Positions 49,851-61,719 of a DNA stretch of 64,000 nucleotides are shown here, one piece after another. Each line of letters opens with the position of its first letter. The first letter of the stretch is position 1. The notes below the pieces were generated by a model. That model saw nothing but the letters and a program-made list of their open reading frames with translations. It ran no database searches and was not told the DNA's origin. The translations under genes were made by a program, and so were the position numbers. The DNA comes from Lytechinus pictus (lineage: Eukaryota), in NCBI RefSeq assembly GCF_037042905.1, contig NC_087245.1, forward strand, positions 15,068,001 through 15,132,000, read 5' to 3'.

Positions 49851-52800
49851 GATCAACTTGGGATTCTTGGAGCTAAGCCTAAGGCTGCCAGCCCGCATCC
49901 AGATCCCTCTACCTTGGCAAAGGAAATGGAAGAGTTTGAAAAACTAATGCAGCTTGGCTCTACTGAAGGGGATGATGGTTCAGATGCGAAAGACACACAC
50001 AAGAATGAAAAAGCAGAGAAACCTATAAAAGAAGCAGGAGATAAATATGTTCCTGACCAACCAACCACATCTCTAGAACCTTACGAACCAACACAGCCAA
50101 CAGCATCACCAGTGATTCCTACCAATGTTCGACAGACCTCTAAGTCACCTGAAGCATATGAACCAGATGAACCAACTCCAGTTGATGAGGTGTACACCCC
50201 TGATCAACCAACTTCACTTCAAAGTTCTGATCCATACGAGCCAGAGCAACCGACTGATGAGCCTATGGTTGTAGAGGACTCTGATATTTCTGCTAGCGCC
50301 AAGAGAGAAGAATCGGAAGTAGAAGCTGATATGCCCCAACTTCAGTTAGATTCGGTTAGCTCTGGTTATCATGGACAAGTTGAAAAGGGAGGGGAACATG
50401 CTGCTAGGGAAAACACAGATTCAACACCAGCTGAAAGTGTTCCTAAACATGAAGGAAATAAATCTGAACAAGAAAATCTTCTTCCTGAAGAATGGTTACG
50501 GAAAAAGGAGAAAAAGAAAAAGCATGGCAAGCACAAAAAACCTCTGGTCGAATGGCGGTTGGGAGTTCTCAGGAAAGATTATGTCATCAAAGATTTCAAA
50601 AGCTTTCCTGTTGATGAAAAGTTAATGGCTACAACAAAGCATAAATGGAACAATGAGAGTGAAGTGGAACACCTGAAAGTTCTTCATTCAGGGGATGGGA
50701 GCCAAACTGACACCTCTGAAGTATCGGGTATGACTTCACCTGCAATCGCCCAAAGTGACAGTGAACTTGAAAGTGAGCAAAATACAAGTGGTGAAATTGA
50801 TGCTATTGGAAGAGCAGCTGAAGAAAATACACTTGAAGGTGATGATAGTATTCATAGTTCAAAGGACAATGCCATTGTGCATGCAGAGTCTAAATGTGCA
50901 GATGAAGAAATAAAGAAGGGAGAATATGGTGAAACAGGAAATGTGAAAGAGAGTGCTGTACCTGAAAAAGTGCAGTCAAGTTCTGTCCTTGATGCCCAAC
51001 TTGAAAAAGATACCAGACTCGATTCTGTCGAGAAAAGTGAGGACTTAGATGCTAAAAAGAATCAAGAAAAACAGGAAGTTCAAACAACTGGTAAAGAAGA
51101 AAAAAAGATCAAGTCAGAACCAGAAGAAAGTTCAAATAGAAGAAGCACAAGGCAATCAAGCCGGAGAGCAAGAAGAGATTCAGGTGAGAATAAAACGGAT
51201 ACTGATCAGAGAAGTGATAAAAAGGATGATGACTCTGGCCGAAGAAGATCAAGGAGAACTGAAAGACATAAAGACGATTCAGATGATGAGAAGAGAAAAG
51301 AATCTGATAGAAATAAAGCAGAATCAGACAGAACTAGAAATGAAACTAGGAGACGCTCGCTGAGAAGAGACAGATTTAGGGATAACTCTGATGATGAAAG
51401 AAGAGAGGAAAGTAGAGAGGGAAGGCGAAGAGGGAGGAGTGACAGCCGGGAAAGAAGGGAAAGAAGTAACAGTAGAGAAAGACGGAGGTATAGAGATGAT
51501 GATGACAGATATGACAGATATGATAGAGGACGTAGGACGAGACGTAGTGACAGGAGAAGCATGGACAGAACTGACGACCGGAGGTCTAGGGAGGATGATC
51601 GAAGAAATGAAAGAAGTTTATCAAGGGAGCAGGATGAAAGGAGGAGAAAGGAAAAGAATGATAAAGATTTGAAGAAAGAAGTGGACAAAACCAAGGAGGA
51701 AAGTAAAGTAACTGCAGAGAAGAGAACCGAAAAGGCTGATTTAAGGGATGATGACAAGTTGCAAGGGAAAGGTAAAACTGATGCAAAGATAACGGAAAGT
51801 AATACTGTTCCAGAAAAGGACCAAAATAACAAGCAGAATACTTCGAATAAGGCTACCGGGAGAGTACCCATTAAATTTAATTTCACATCAAGGGCAGTTC
51901 GAAGAAGCACTCGCAGTGCAGTCAAAGCAAAGAGTGGAGTATTCGAAGATGACGAGGACGAGGATGAAAAACCACTCTCAGAGTTGCAGAATTTATGTGA
52001 TGAGAAGGAAGCTAAATCTTCAAAATCAGAACCATCAGAGGATAAAGCTCCAGCTGTTACTCGCAGTAAAAGTCGAGAAGGTTATCCAGTTGAAGAACCA
52101 ACGGAAGTCAACAAAGTCAGTCAGATAACCTCTGTTCCTTGTGAAACAGGCACATCAACCAGATCCAAAAGCAGTCAAAAAGTAGAAAATCTGTTTGAGA
52201 TCACACTCAGGAAGGAATCTAAAAAAGATCATGGATCGGAATCGGACAGTGGTGCAGAATTGAGTCTGATGGGTCTAGGAGAGGCCCCCAGTCTTTATCC
52301 CGAAAGTATTCTTGAAAGTCAGGTTGAAATGGAACTCTTAGCAAACGCATTTTCCTCCACTGATACAGAAGCAGAGATAGAAATTGAAAAAGTGTTCTGT
52401 AAGAAAATCGAAAATGATACTAATGCAAAGGAAGAAGAGAGTTCACCAAAACAAGAAGACAGAGTGGTAGACTCTAGGAGTGAAATTGTTGACATGGAAG
52501 TTGAGGAGGAACAGCATGATACCAGTACTATTGAAGTCCTTTCACACCCACAGTTATCAGGTGTGGAAGGTACAGCTAATGATTCAATATCAACTGATAG
52601 TCATAATAATACAGAGAACAGAACTTTTACTGAAGAGGTGCCAATTATTCAAGGAGACCAAACCAATACAGATGACAAAGAGTTAATCAATAGCCATAGT
52701 CCTCAGCAGAATGGGAAAACTTGTTCTGAAGAATTGCCATTTGCTTCAGAAGGACAAACCAGTTCAGCAAATAATACAAACCTAATTGAGCATCCTCAGG

Positions 52801-54533
52801 AGGTCAGTAGAACTTGTTTGTATAATGCTCCACTTGTATCAGAAAAAGAAAAGAGTTCAGTGAACAATGCAAAGTTGATTGATATTTTTGATAGTCAAAG
52901 TCCATGTGAAAATATTAGAACTTGCTCTGATGAAGTACCCACTACTTTAGACGAACAAGAAAGTACAGTGAAGGATACTGAGTTGATCGATAGTCAGAGT
53001 CCTCTGGACATCAGTGAAGTTCCAGGTCCTTTTGAAGAAAAAACCAGTACAGATGATACTAGAAAATTGATAGATGACCATACTCTACAGGATAATGAAA
53101 GAGCTTCTAAAGACAAGGCGTCGGGCAGTATCAAAGAAAAATCGAGTTCAGAAATTGATGTAAATGGAAGACAGGGTCAAAATGAAATTCTTCAGAACAG
53201 GGATATTGATGTTGATAAAATGTTGAATGTTCCAGAGATCAAAATAGTACCCCCTCCCGATGAAACCCTTGACCAAGCTTGCTCAGAAGCAGCAGGTGAA
53301 AGTACAGAAGTAAAAGAAATTGAGACTGCAAATACATTATTAGAAACTGATCAAAGCGATACTGAGATTGTCTCACCGTTGAAGGCAAGAGGCTCGAAGG
53401 AGCATGAAGATGACTATACCAAAACTGAATCTGAATCTGATGATGCAATGACATTGGAGGTCATTGACCTAATGGCTGGTACAGCATACACAACGTCAAA
53501 GGTGTCTGTTGTCTTACCACCTGGAAATTCTGATGCTGATGCCAAAATTGAAGATATCTCAGAAGCAATTGTAGATAATGAGGCGATGTCACATGAACAG
53601 AATGTAACAATTTTGGACAAAGTAATGGCAGCGTCGTGTCCTATACGTCCACCTAGCAGTGATACCAAATTTTCTGATGGTAACACCGAATGTATTGTTC
53701 TTGACCACAGTACTAGTGAACAGATTGTAACCGTCCAGAAGTCAAGTGCAGAAGTTTCTTCAGAAGTTATGCACAGTAGTGAGAACGTCATGCCTTTCAC
53801 TGAGGTTGTTAGTACATATCTTCCATCTGAAAAGCCTACCATAGAAGTATTCAACAAAGAATCTGCCATGAATGAGGATGAAGTTTTGGAAGCAAATGTA
53901 CCATCCTCAAACATTGACTCTGCCAAAAATGTTGAAACAAGTATCGGGATTGTACCATCTCTCTCTGAAGAAGGCACAGAAATTTCCAGTACTCAAGAAG
54001 CTGTGACTGCTATTACTGACCCACCAACAAGACATATCATCCAAGAAGGGCCTTCAGTTAGTAAACGTAAAAGGAAGTCTAGGTGGGAGGTGGTTAGCAC
54101 AGAAATCCCTTCAGAAACTCCACCTCAGATGGCTGTTAATGTAGACCAAAGCCAACAAAATAAGCCATCCTTGATTAACATGACCGGTGAGCCAGTATTG
54201 CAGACAGAGGCAAAAGCTGAAGAAAGCAAATTGGCCCCAGTTGAAGCCCTCATTGGAGAGGAAATTAGCAGTTCTCCAAGCACCATTCAAATTCAACCAT
54301 CAGATGTTAGGCTTACTGTGGATTCCTCAGAGGTGGAAAGAGAGATCTCCCCGACAAAGAAAGTGAAGGTAGATCCTGATGCAACTATTGGTGCAACTGC
54401 TGACTACTCTTCTGGCCAAGATGGCAGCACTTCTAACTTGATTCTTGACGCAGGAGAGAGCAAGATGGATGCAACATACCATTCTCGTGGACTGGACCTT
54501 GAGGTGAACGCAGCAGGAGATAATCAGGCAGTG
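49851..54533 (+). CDS. SETD2: SETD2 giant exon (4683 bp, 1561 aa): acidic, disordered N-terminal region with an RS/RD/RE-rich block
   Basis: Lies in the 1596-aa ORF 49788..54578. Acceptor ttctatttcag|GAT, donor GTG|GTGAGG, phase 0/0, in frame with the next exon. Comparable to the large N-terminal exon of vertebrate SETD2. Confidence 0.9.
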
Positions 54534-55199
54534 GTGAGGCTCATTTTTTATCTCCTGAATACTGTGATATATATATAAAATATAAGCAGATGATTCTCAT
54601 TCCATTTCAACTTCCTATTAAAATTGAATGGTCCCATGTTGACAGCTCTCTAGAACATTCAATTTGTAATTCATTTAAACGTTTAATTTGAGCATTTAAT
54701 TTGTAATTTATTAAAACATTTCATTCTTCGATATTCACTTAAAAAGAAGTTGACAGTGATATTAAATTTGGGTTCAAGCAGAAAAATTGTTTGAACAAAG
54801 TACTTATTTTAATACATGACATGTCCAGTGCATGATTATTTCATCTTCCATGTTCATGAAGTTTTGTATCTTATCCCAAATGATTTGGGCAAGTTCCATT
54901 GGTACTCTGCAGTATATAAGGCACTGCAGGACACTATAGAAATTTCATTTGCAATTTTTCATACGGGTGTATGTTTTTTTTTCTATTTTTTCATTTTAGA
55001 AAATGAACTGTTCAGTAAATTTTAGCACATGTTATTACCCAAGAAATTATGATCAGTATTGATTTGCAGTGTGGTAAGTAAAAAATTAAAGAAATCTTCA
55101 AAAATTATTAATTGTCATTCAGCTCTCCAGTAAATATGACACACAGATAATCAGCATGTTCTCTATTTGAATGTTATTTGCACCCAATTTTTCATGTAG

Positions 55200-55654
55200 A
55201 TCAAACCTGAAGATTTTGTTGAAAAGGAAGAAGCTGGCATAATCATGGAAGAAAGTAAAGACACAGGAGAAGTTACCAAGCCAGAACCGGGGACAGAGGA
55301 GGAATCAATGGAAGAAGGAGAACTGGATTCTGATGTTAAGGAGGAGATGACGGAGAAACCTTGGGATGATAGCACAGGGATCGAACAAGGAGAAATCAAA
55401 GATGACGGTGATGAGGAAGTTGAAGATAGTCGGGAAGAAAGGCCCAGACGCTCCAGCGAAGACAAGGAGAATACACCTTTCGATGACTACTGGGCCGGGG
55501 ATGGAAGGAGAGAGGTCAGGGAAAGACCAAAGGAGGAGAGGAGGGAGAGTCGTGAAGAGAGGCAGAGACGTCAGTACCAGGAGTGGGGTATGGTTGAGAG
55601 GAGCAAGATGCCTCGCTTTTCAGAGTTGACTGAGAATTACTACTTGACAGAAAG
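55200..55654 (+). CDS. SETD2: SETD2 exon, pre-AWS (IKPEDF...FSELTENYYLTER)
   Basis: Acceptor ttcatgtag|ATC, donor AG|GTATAT (phase 2). ENYYLTER matches SETD2 ENVYLTER. Confidence 0.92.
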
Positions 55655-55776
55655 GTATATATTTCTATTATATAAATTATGATTCCTTGCAATGAAGCCC
55701 TTCCGCTTACCCAACGATGTATAAATGTCAAGTAGTGTCGTGAAAAATCTTAACTGAACTCGTGATGATTACTTAA

Positions 55777-56171
55777 AGGTAAATGCTAGTTTTGGTAACG
55801 ATATCAAAATGAGTTCGTACAGAATCCAATGAAATGACCACCAAAGTGTCTGTTTGTATAAATAAAACGCATGTGCCAAAGGATTCTGGAAGAAATTGTG
55901 TAATTGCTGAGAAATCAGCAAATAAGCACAGGATTCGGGTAGAGCGTCGGGCCCGACGCTCAAAGCAATAATTATACACTGTCCCACGTGCGCTTATCTG
56001 TGTTGGGGAAGTTCAGTCTGAACATTATTCAGCGTAGATTTCTAGATTTCACAAAGTTCAGTTTATGTAACTGTACCAGATCTAGATCCTCGATGATATA
56101 CTGACAATTAAGCCTGGTTTTACAGACTTTCTCATGAAATCAGTGTTTACTGCAACTACTGGAATTTCTCT
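55777..56171. mobile_element. Kolobok-like MITE
   Basis: AGGTAAATGCTAGT...ACTGGAATTTCTCT termini with TTAA TSD. Confidence 0.75.
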
Positions 56172-56179
56172 TTAATCTA

Positions 56180-58791
56180 CAGTGCGTATCAAAAAAAAGT
56201 TTACACTTGGAAAAAATCCTGTAAAGTTATACATTTGTAATCTCCTGAAGATTTTCCACATTTTAACATTGGTACAGATCCATTTAAGCAAATGACGATA
56301 TAACTGTTGAAAAATATTTCCGCTTGAGTGAGCACCACTTACTTTGGAAAAGTTAGTGAAAAATGATTTGCGCAGAACTTTGAAATAGTTATGCGAATAA
56401 AAGTAGACCTTAATCATGAAGAACACATGGAATTTCACTAGTAAAATTGATTTGAAGATATCTTTAACCTTTTTTAACTTGTTTCCTTGCCAAAAACACT
56501 TCAAAGAGTGCATTGCACCCCACCCCACTCCCCCACACACCGAGGCCATCGTGACGATGTTTGCTTTACACTGAGCTGTGCATACCTGCCAACCATTCCG
56601 ATTTTGGCGGAATTATACCGATTTTTTAGCCTCCATTCCGAATTCCGAATTTTTAAACCGAAATTCCGATTTTTGGGTCAATCAATATAGTGTTGAAATT
56701 ATTGAAACGGCTGTATGATGCGACTAACGCATAAGCGGCTGTAACATACGACTAACGCATAAACAACTGGAGCGCACGGCTAAGTGCTAAGTGCACAGTT
56801 CCATTGCAATTGCATGTGAAAATTACGAGCAGCGCGCGGCCGATATTAGCGTTGACTTCCGGAACAAAATGGCGGCTGACATCGGCTCGCGAAAGTGCCA
56901 GTTTTCAGTGAGGACACGTTTTCAAAATCCACGAACATCGGAAAAACCGTGAAAAATTCACTTTTTTAGACCCCTTGTTTCCTAACTACGATGTATAGAA
57001 TTAACGATGGTGATATTTTTGACGCGAAATATGGTGATTTAGTAAGAAAATTTCACTTTTTATTCGAGGTTTTGCCCTTTTCGCCGGATGATTTTGTATT
57101 GTGGAATGAGTTAGTGAATGAGTCGTGTTTTGGTGTCTAGAGTGTGTTGGTAATATCATTGATGAGTCTGCTGACCGGCTGCTTAAATTACCCGGCCGCT
57201 CGGCCGGCCGCGCCGTGCACATGGGGAAGCTCTGCTGCAGTTACTCAAGTTAGATCTATCACTACGCAATGTTAAAATTGATCTGTACTTTATTTTTTCG
57301 AATAATTGTCAAATTTGTGAGAAAGAAAGGAAATTATCAACTTTCGAGTCAAGTTGAGCCATCGGAGCTGAACGCCAAATCTACTTGCTTCGCTTGCCTA
57401 AACTCCCGGCGCCCGAGTTGCTGCGCCTCAGCCTCCCAGTCTCACCGGCGCACCGCAAGTGCAGTGGTGGTTGCGGGTCGGGCGTATGCCGCCGTAAGCT
57501 TCGGCTCCGTTTTTGTCATGGCTGAAAATCTGCTTTCTTATGCCAACAAGCACTTATCTAATAAAGTTTATGATATAACCTTGTCCTCAGTCACTACTCC
57601 TGTGTGGTGAAATATAAACATGAATAAGATGACAATGTTTGGCTTATTTTGATGCATATGATAGACTTGATATAAATGATAAATAAATGTTAGATTTTTT
57701 TGCACTCAGTTTTTAATACAGTAGGCCAACTTGAATCTGAATTAATGATACAAAATATCCCTTGGCCCAAAACTCAATTGTATTCTTGAAATTATTTTTT
57801 TTCTGATTAAAAAGAGAATCTTTCCAGAAACTTTCCAACAATAGAGGGCCTCACAATTTATTAAAAAATTAAATTATTCCTAAGTCTATATAGATTTCAA
57901 TGAAAACAAATCACACCTGAATGAAACTGGGTGTATTTTTTGTCACAAACGTGATATCTTCAAGACCTTTGTTTTAATGTTTAATTGACAAATGATATTA
58001 TATTACATATAAGTAGACTAACGTTACATGTAGGTCATCCTGTGGTATGGTAAATAGGGTAAATTTGCTTTAAAAGGGGTAGAGAAATGCTAATTTTACA
58101 TGCAGAAAATGCAGAGTCCCTACCATGGGAGGGGGAAACCATCTCGCGCGCGACCCGTTCGGGGCCCTCGTGGCTTTGATACTGATTTTTTATTATCAAA
58201 GGTTGGCAGGTATGGCTGTGATTTACATGAAATGGCTTTGGCTTGATTTTCATTTTGATAATCATTGTCAAGCTTGGGAAAAATGTGGAGAAACAAGTAT
58301 TAAATGAAAAATGAAATGTAAACCCACTTTAAATGATAAAAACTTCATGAAAAAATTCTGGAGATGTCTGATATAAACTTTTGTTCAGATCCAGTTATGT
58401 CCTCAGATCCAGCTGGCACAAATAGGTAAAGGTTGTGCTTACTAAGTGTTCAAATTTCAATTTGGGTGGCAAAATTGTTACAAAATGCTTGAATGTATCC
58501 ATTTTAAAAGTGCATGGGAAATGTATGAGAAATGTTTTGCAGGGTAAGTTTGTTTTCGCCCTTTCCCCTTGACACAGCGTGAAAACGAGCATTTCTGCGC
58601 AAACAGATTTCTGCGAGCTTTACAAAAATGGACAGTGCTCACTCATGTGTAACATTCTGTCAAAACTTTTACTTTCATTGGATAGATGAGACACAAACCC
58701 AAAAATATATGTGAAAAAATTACCCACATGTTGTATATTTTCTAATTCCCAGGGCTTTTTCAAAGTGTAAACTTTTTATTGATACGCACTC
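56180..58791. mobile_element. Tc1/mariner-type non-autonomous element interrupted by a nested insertion
   Basis: CAGTGCGTATCAA.AAAAAGTTTACACTT TIR with TA TSD. Confidence 0.8.
56581..58214. mobile_element. CpG-rich non-autonomous TIR element with 6-bp TSD (hATx/hAT6-like)
   Basis: Perfect 14-bp TIR CATACCTGCCAACC with GCTGTG duplicated. Confidence 0.8.
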
Positions 58792-58989
58792 TATATTGCC
58801 TATTTCACACTTATTGATAATATAGTGACACAATTAAATTATCTTTCAATTTTGTTCTACTAGTACAAGACTCTTGACATGCAAATAAGGCGAGGTGATA
58901 TCCCATAATGTCCATTCCTGATATTGCTTACACAAGCCCAGCAGATTTTCTTGAGTGAGTTAAAAATGTTATGTCTCTCTGTCCTGCAG

Positions 58990-59118
58990 GCGAAGATCAA
59001 AAGCTGGTAAGGAAGCAAGGAGAATGGTATGCTGCTGTACAACATCTAGAGAGGAAAGAAGGCGTGGCATCCAGGCTTGTGGGGAAGATTGTCTCAACAG
59101 AGTTCTCATGCTTGAATG
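58990..59118 (+). CDS. SETD2: SETD2 exon, AWS domain (RRSKAGKEARRMVCCC...CGEDCLNRVLMLEC)
   Basis: Acceptor gtcctgcag|G. AWS Cys pattern. Ends TG|GCAAGT (GC donor). Confidence 0.93.
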
Positions 59119-59551
59119 GCAAGTCTTTCTCTTAAATTCATCTAGAAAAATCTAATGATGGCAGAAGATTATCAGGTTTTGCTCTTAGCAGTATTATATC
59201 AATTTCATTTCAATTTTCAGTGACCAATTATCTAGGCAAGTGACTCTCATGAAATCCTTAGTAGAGTGTTAAATAACATGGCTTTGACACAAAAAGTCAT
59301 TGTCAACATATCCTGCTCCAAAACGTAACTCCAGATAGTTGATATTTGTGATTTGTGAAAGATAAACTGTCAGGGTTATTTTGTCTATGTACAGTAAACA
59401 GTTTACTTTGAGAACCACAGGTTTCCTTGAAAAATTGAGGTGCTGCAAGTATAAGTTTTAGTTCCTGTCATTTCAATATACAACATTTCATATCTCTATA
59501 TTAAAGGCTTGCTAACATTTCTACTTCCACCTGTGTTTTTCTCTTTAACAG

Positions 59552-59603
59552 TGGGTCACGATGTCCATGTGGAGATTACTGTACCAACAAACGTTTCCAA
59601 AAA
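59552..59603 (+). CDS. SETD2: SETD2 exon, end of AWS (CGSRCPCGDYCTNKRFQK)
   Basis: Acceptor ctctttaacag|T, donor AAA|GTGAGT. Conserved CxNxRFQ motif. Confidence 0.93.
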
Positions 59604-59960
59604 GTGAGTGCTATTATTATTTCATTTGAATATGTTTATTTTTAGTTAAGGTCTGGATCTAGTATTAATAATTAAGTACCTCTCCAATAATTGGTAAATC
59701 CTAAATAAGCAAACTTTTTGTAAATCTGTAAATAGCGTAAAATGTTTTATCATTATTTTGGTTAAATGTGATAAGACTGCTGGTACACAATCTAAATGTT
59801 GTATTCAGAGTCAGGTTCCATATTGTTTTAGCAATTCAGGATTTGAGCCAGTGTGGTTCTATCTGGCTATGGTATGTTGCATTTAAACATTGAAGTATTT
59901 GGTCAATTGGTAATTTACTATTTTGATGATCATATTTTATAATTTGTTTGATTTTTCTAG

Positions 59961-60037
59961 AGAGAACATGCCCGAGTTGGAGTTTTCTATGCAGAAGGAA
60001 AAGGGCATGGTTTAAAAACAAAAGAAGAACTAAAAGA
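59961..60037 (+). CDS. SETD2: SETD2 exon, start of SET (REHARVGVFYAEGKGHGLKTKEELK)
   Basis: Acceptor atttttctag|, donor GA|GTGAGT. KGxG SAM-binding motif. Confidence 0.92.
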
Positions 60038-60393
60038 GTGAGTTATTAGTCATTTCTTGTCTTTGTTTAACTTTCCTATGATTGAAAACATTTTTATGAA
60101 GAAAAAGTAATGTGCTTAAGAAAAAGGAATATTAAAATAAGACAGTGTGAAATGTCATTTGAAGTTGTAGCAGTATATAGACCGAGTAATTCTGATTTCA
60201 TATGCTCTTTATCCTAGTTTGTGTTTTGTTTGAATAAATGTTATCAATAGTAACTCTCAATCAGATGCATATTGTGTTATGGCAATAAGGATTAAATGTT
60301 GTTTGCTTAGAAAGCTTCATTGCAATTTCAGATACTCTTTGCATGGTATCATGCTCTAAATTTTATGATTTTGGGGTAATATTCTTCCATCAG

Positions 60394-60517
60394 AAATGAG
60401 TTCGTAATGGAATATGTTGGAGAAGTTCTGAACTTCCATGAGTTCAAGCATCGAGCCAAGCAGTACAGCAAAGACAAGAACTTACATTTCTATTTCATGG
60501 CGCTCAAGTCAGATGAG
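60394..60517 (+). CDS. SETD2: SETD2 exon, SET (ENEFVMEYVGEVL...HFYFMALKSDE)
   Basis: Acceptor ttccatcag|, donor GAG|GTGAGT. EYxGEV and YFMAL motifs. Confidence 0.95.
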
Positions 60518-61076
60518 GTGAGTGATAATGGTCATTTTAGAAGAGTAATATATCAATGGTGAAGATTGTACCCAGATTCAATCAAAAGGAGGCAATAACC
60601 ATGCATTTTCGATTGTTTAATCTCCAACTGTTTAATAATGTGCATGACACTGCAATCAGCTTACAATGTATATCATAAGTTATCCTTCAAATTTTTAACA
60701 GGATGGGCCTTGTACAAAGCCGTTGACTTTTTTTGAGAATTAAAAATTTCAGAAGTAGTAAATTTTGCTGATGTTTTACTTCGAAGGACCTTGTAAATAG
60801 GTATTATTGTTACCTTTTTTAATTCATGATCCACAGCATTTAAAAACTGGTCTCTTTTATTAGCTACATCTTGTTTGTAATGAACTGAAATAGATTGTAT
60901 TACATGTATTACATCATATTAAATCCTTGCAAACTGTAACTGGGTAGTCCCGATACAAAACCCTTCCAAATTATCTATAGATTGGCGATAAAGGCCAAAT
61001 TATTATTACAAATTGTACACAGTTTAGCTTAAAGTTATGTTGTTAATTTTTTAATATGCCTTTCATTTTCTTTCAG

Positions 61077-61154
61077 ATCATTGATGCTACTGAGAAAGGG
61101 AATGTATCTCGATTCATGAACCACAGCTGTGATCCGAATTGTGAAACACAAAAG
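61077..61154 (+). CDS. SETD2: SETD2 exon, SET ([26 protein letters not shown])
   Basis: Acceptor ttttctttcag|, donor AAG|GTAAAT. RFxNHSCxPN signature. Confidence 0.96.
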
Positions 61155-61621
61155 GTAAATTTTCAAGAAAATTCTTTAAAACAGTTCATTGTTTGTTCCA
61201 TTTGGATAAGAAGGTGATAATGAATGTAGAAATAAAACCAGAAATTAGACTCTCCATGTGGTAACAGTATCATGGTTATTGAGTAAATATCAATGACAGT
61301 AATCAAGAGGAAGGGCATATGAGAGATGTAAATACATTTTGCTTGAAGTGCATTATGTGAATCATGAGACAATATGGAAAGTGTCTCGTTTGGAAATACT
61401 GAATTAATCAGATGCATGTTTACGTACTACAGTAAAACCAACACAGGCATTAAAGTTAAACACAGTCTTGTCTGCAGTTTTCACAACAAACTACCTTTAG
61501 TATTGTTTATTGGTATCAAACAGCTAATTTTATGCTGGAATTAATAAAAACAAAGAAGAGATAGTACAGATATATTTAATGTGTATAAGATTAAAACAAA
61601 ATGCAATTTTCTGTTTAATAG

Positions 61622-61719
61622 TGGACAGTGAACGGTCAGCTTCGAGTAGGATTCTTTACCAAGAGACAGGTCAAACCTGGTGAGGAGCTTACATTTGACT
61701 ACCAGTTTGAAGTTTATGG
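61622..61719 (+). CDS. SETD2: SETD2 exon, end of SET (WTVNGQLRVGFFTKRQVKPGEELTFDYQFEVYG)
   Basis: Acceptor tttaatag|, donor GG|GTAAGT. ELTFDY motif. Confidence 0.96.

Noticed and set aside
51206..51925. 239-aa Leu/Ser-rich minus-strand ORF (also 53414-53977 and 55163-55465)
   Set aside because: Antisense shadow of the purine-rich SETD2 coding strand.
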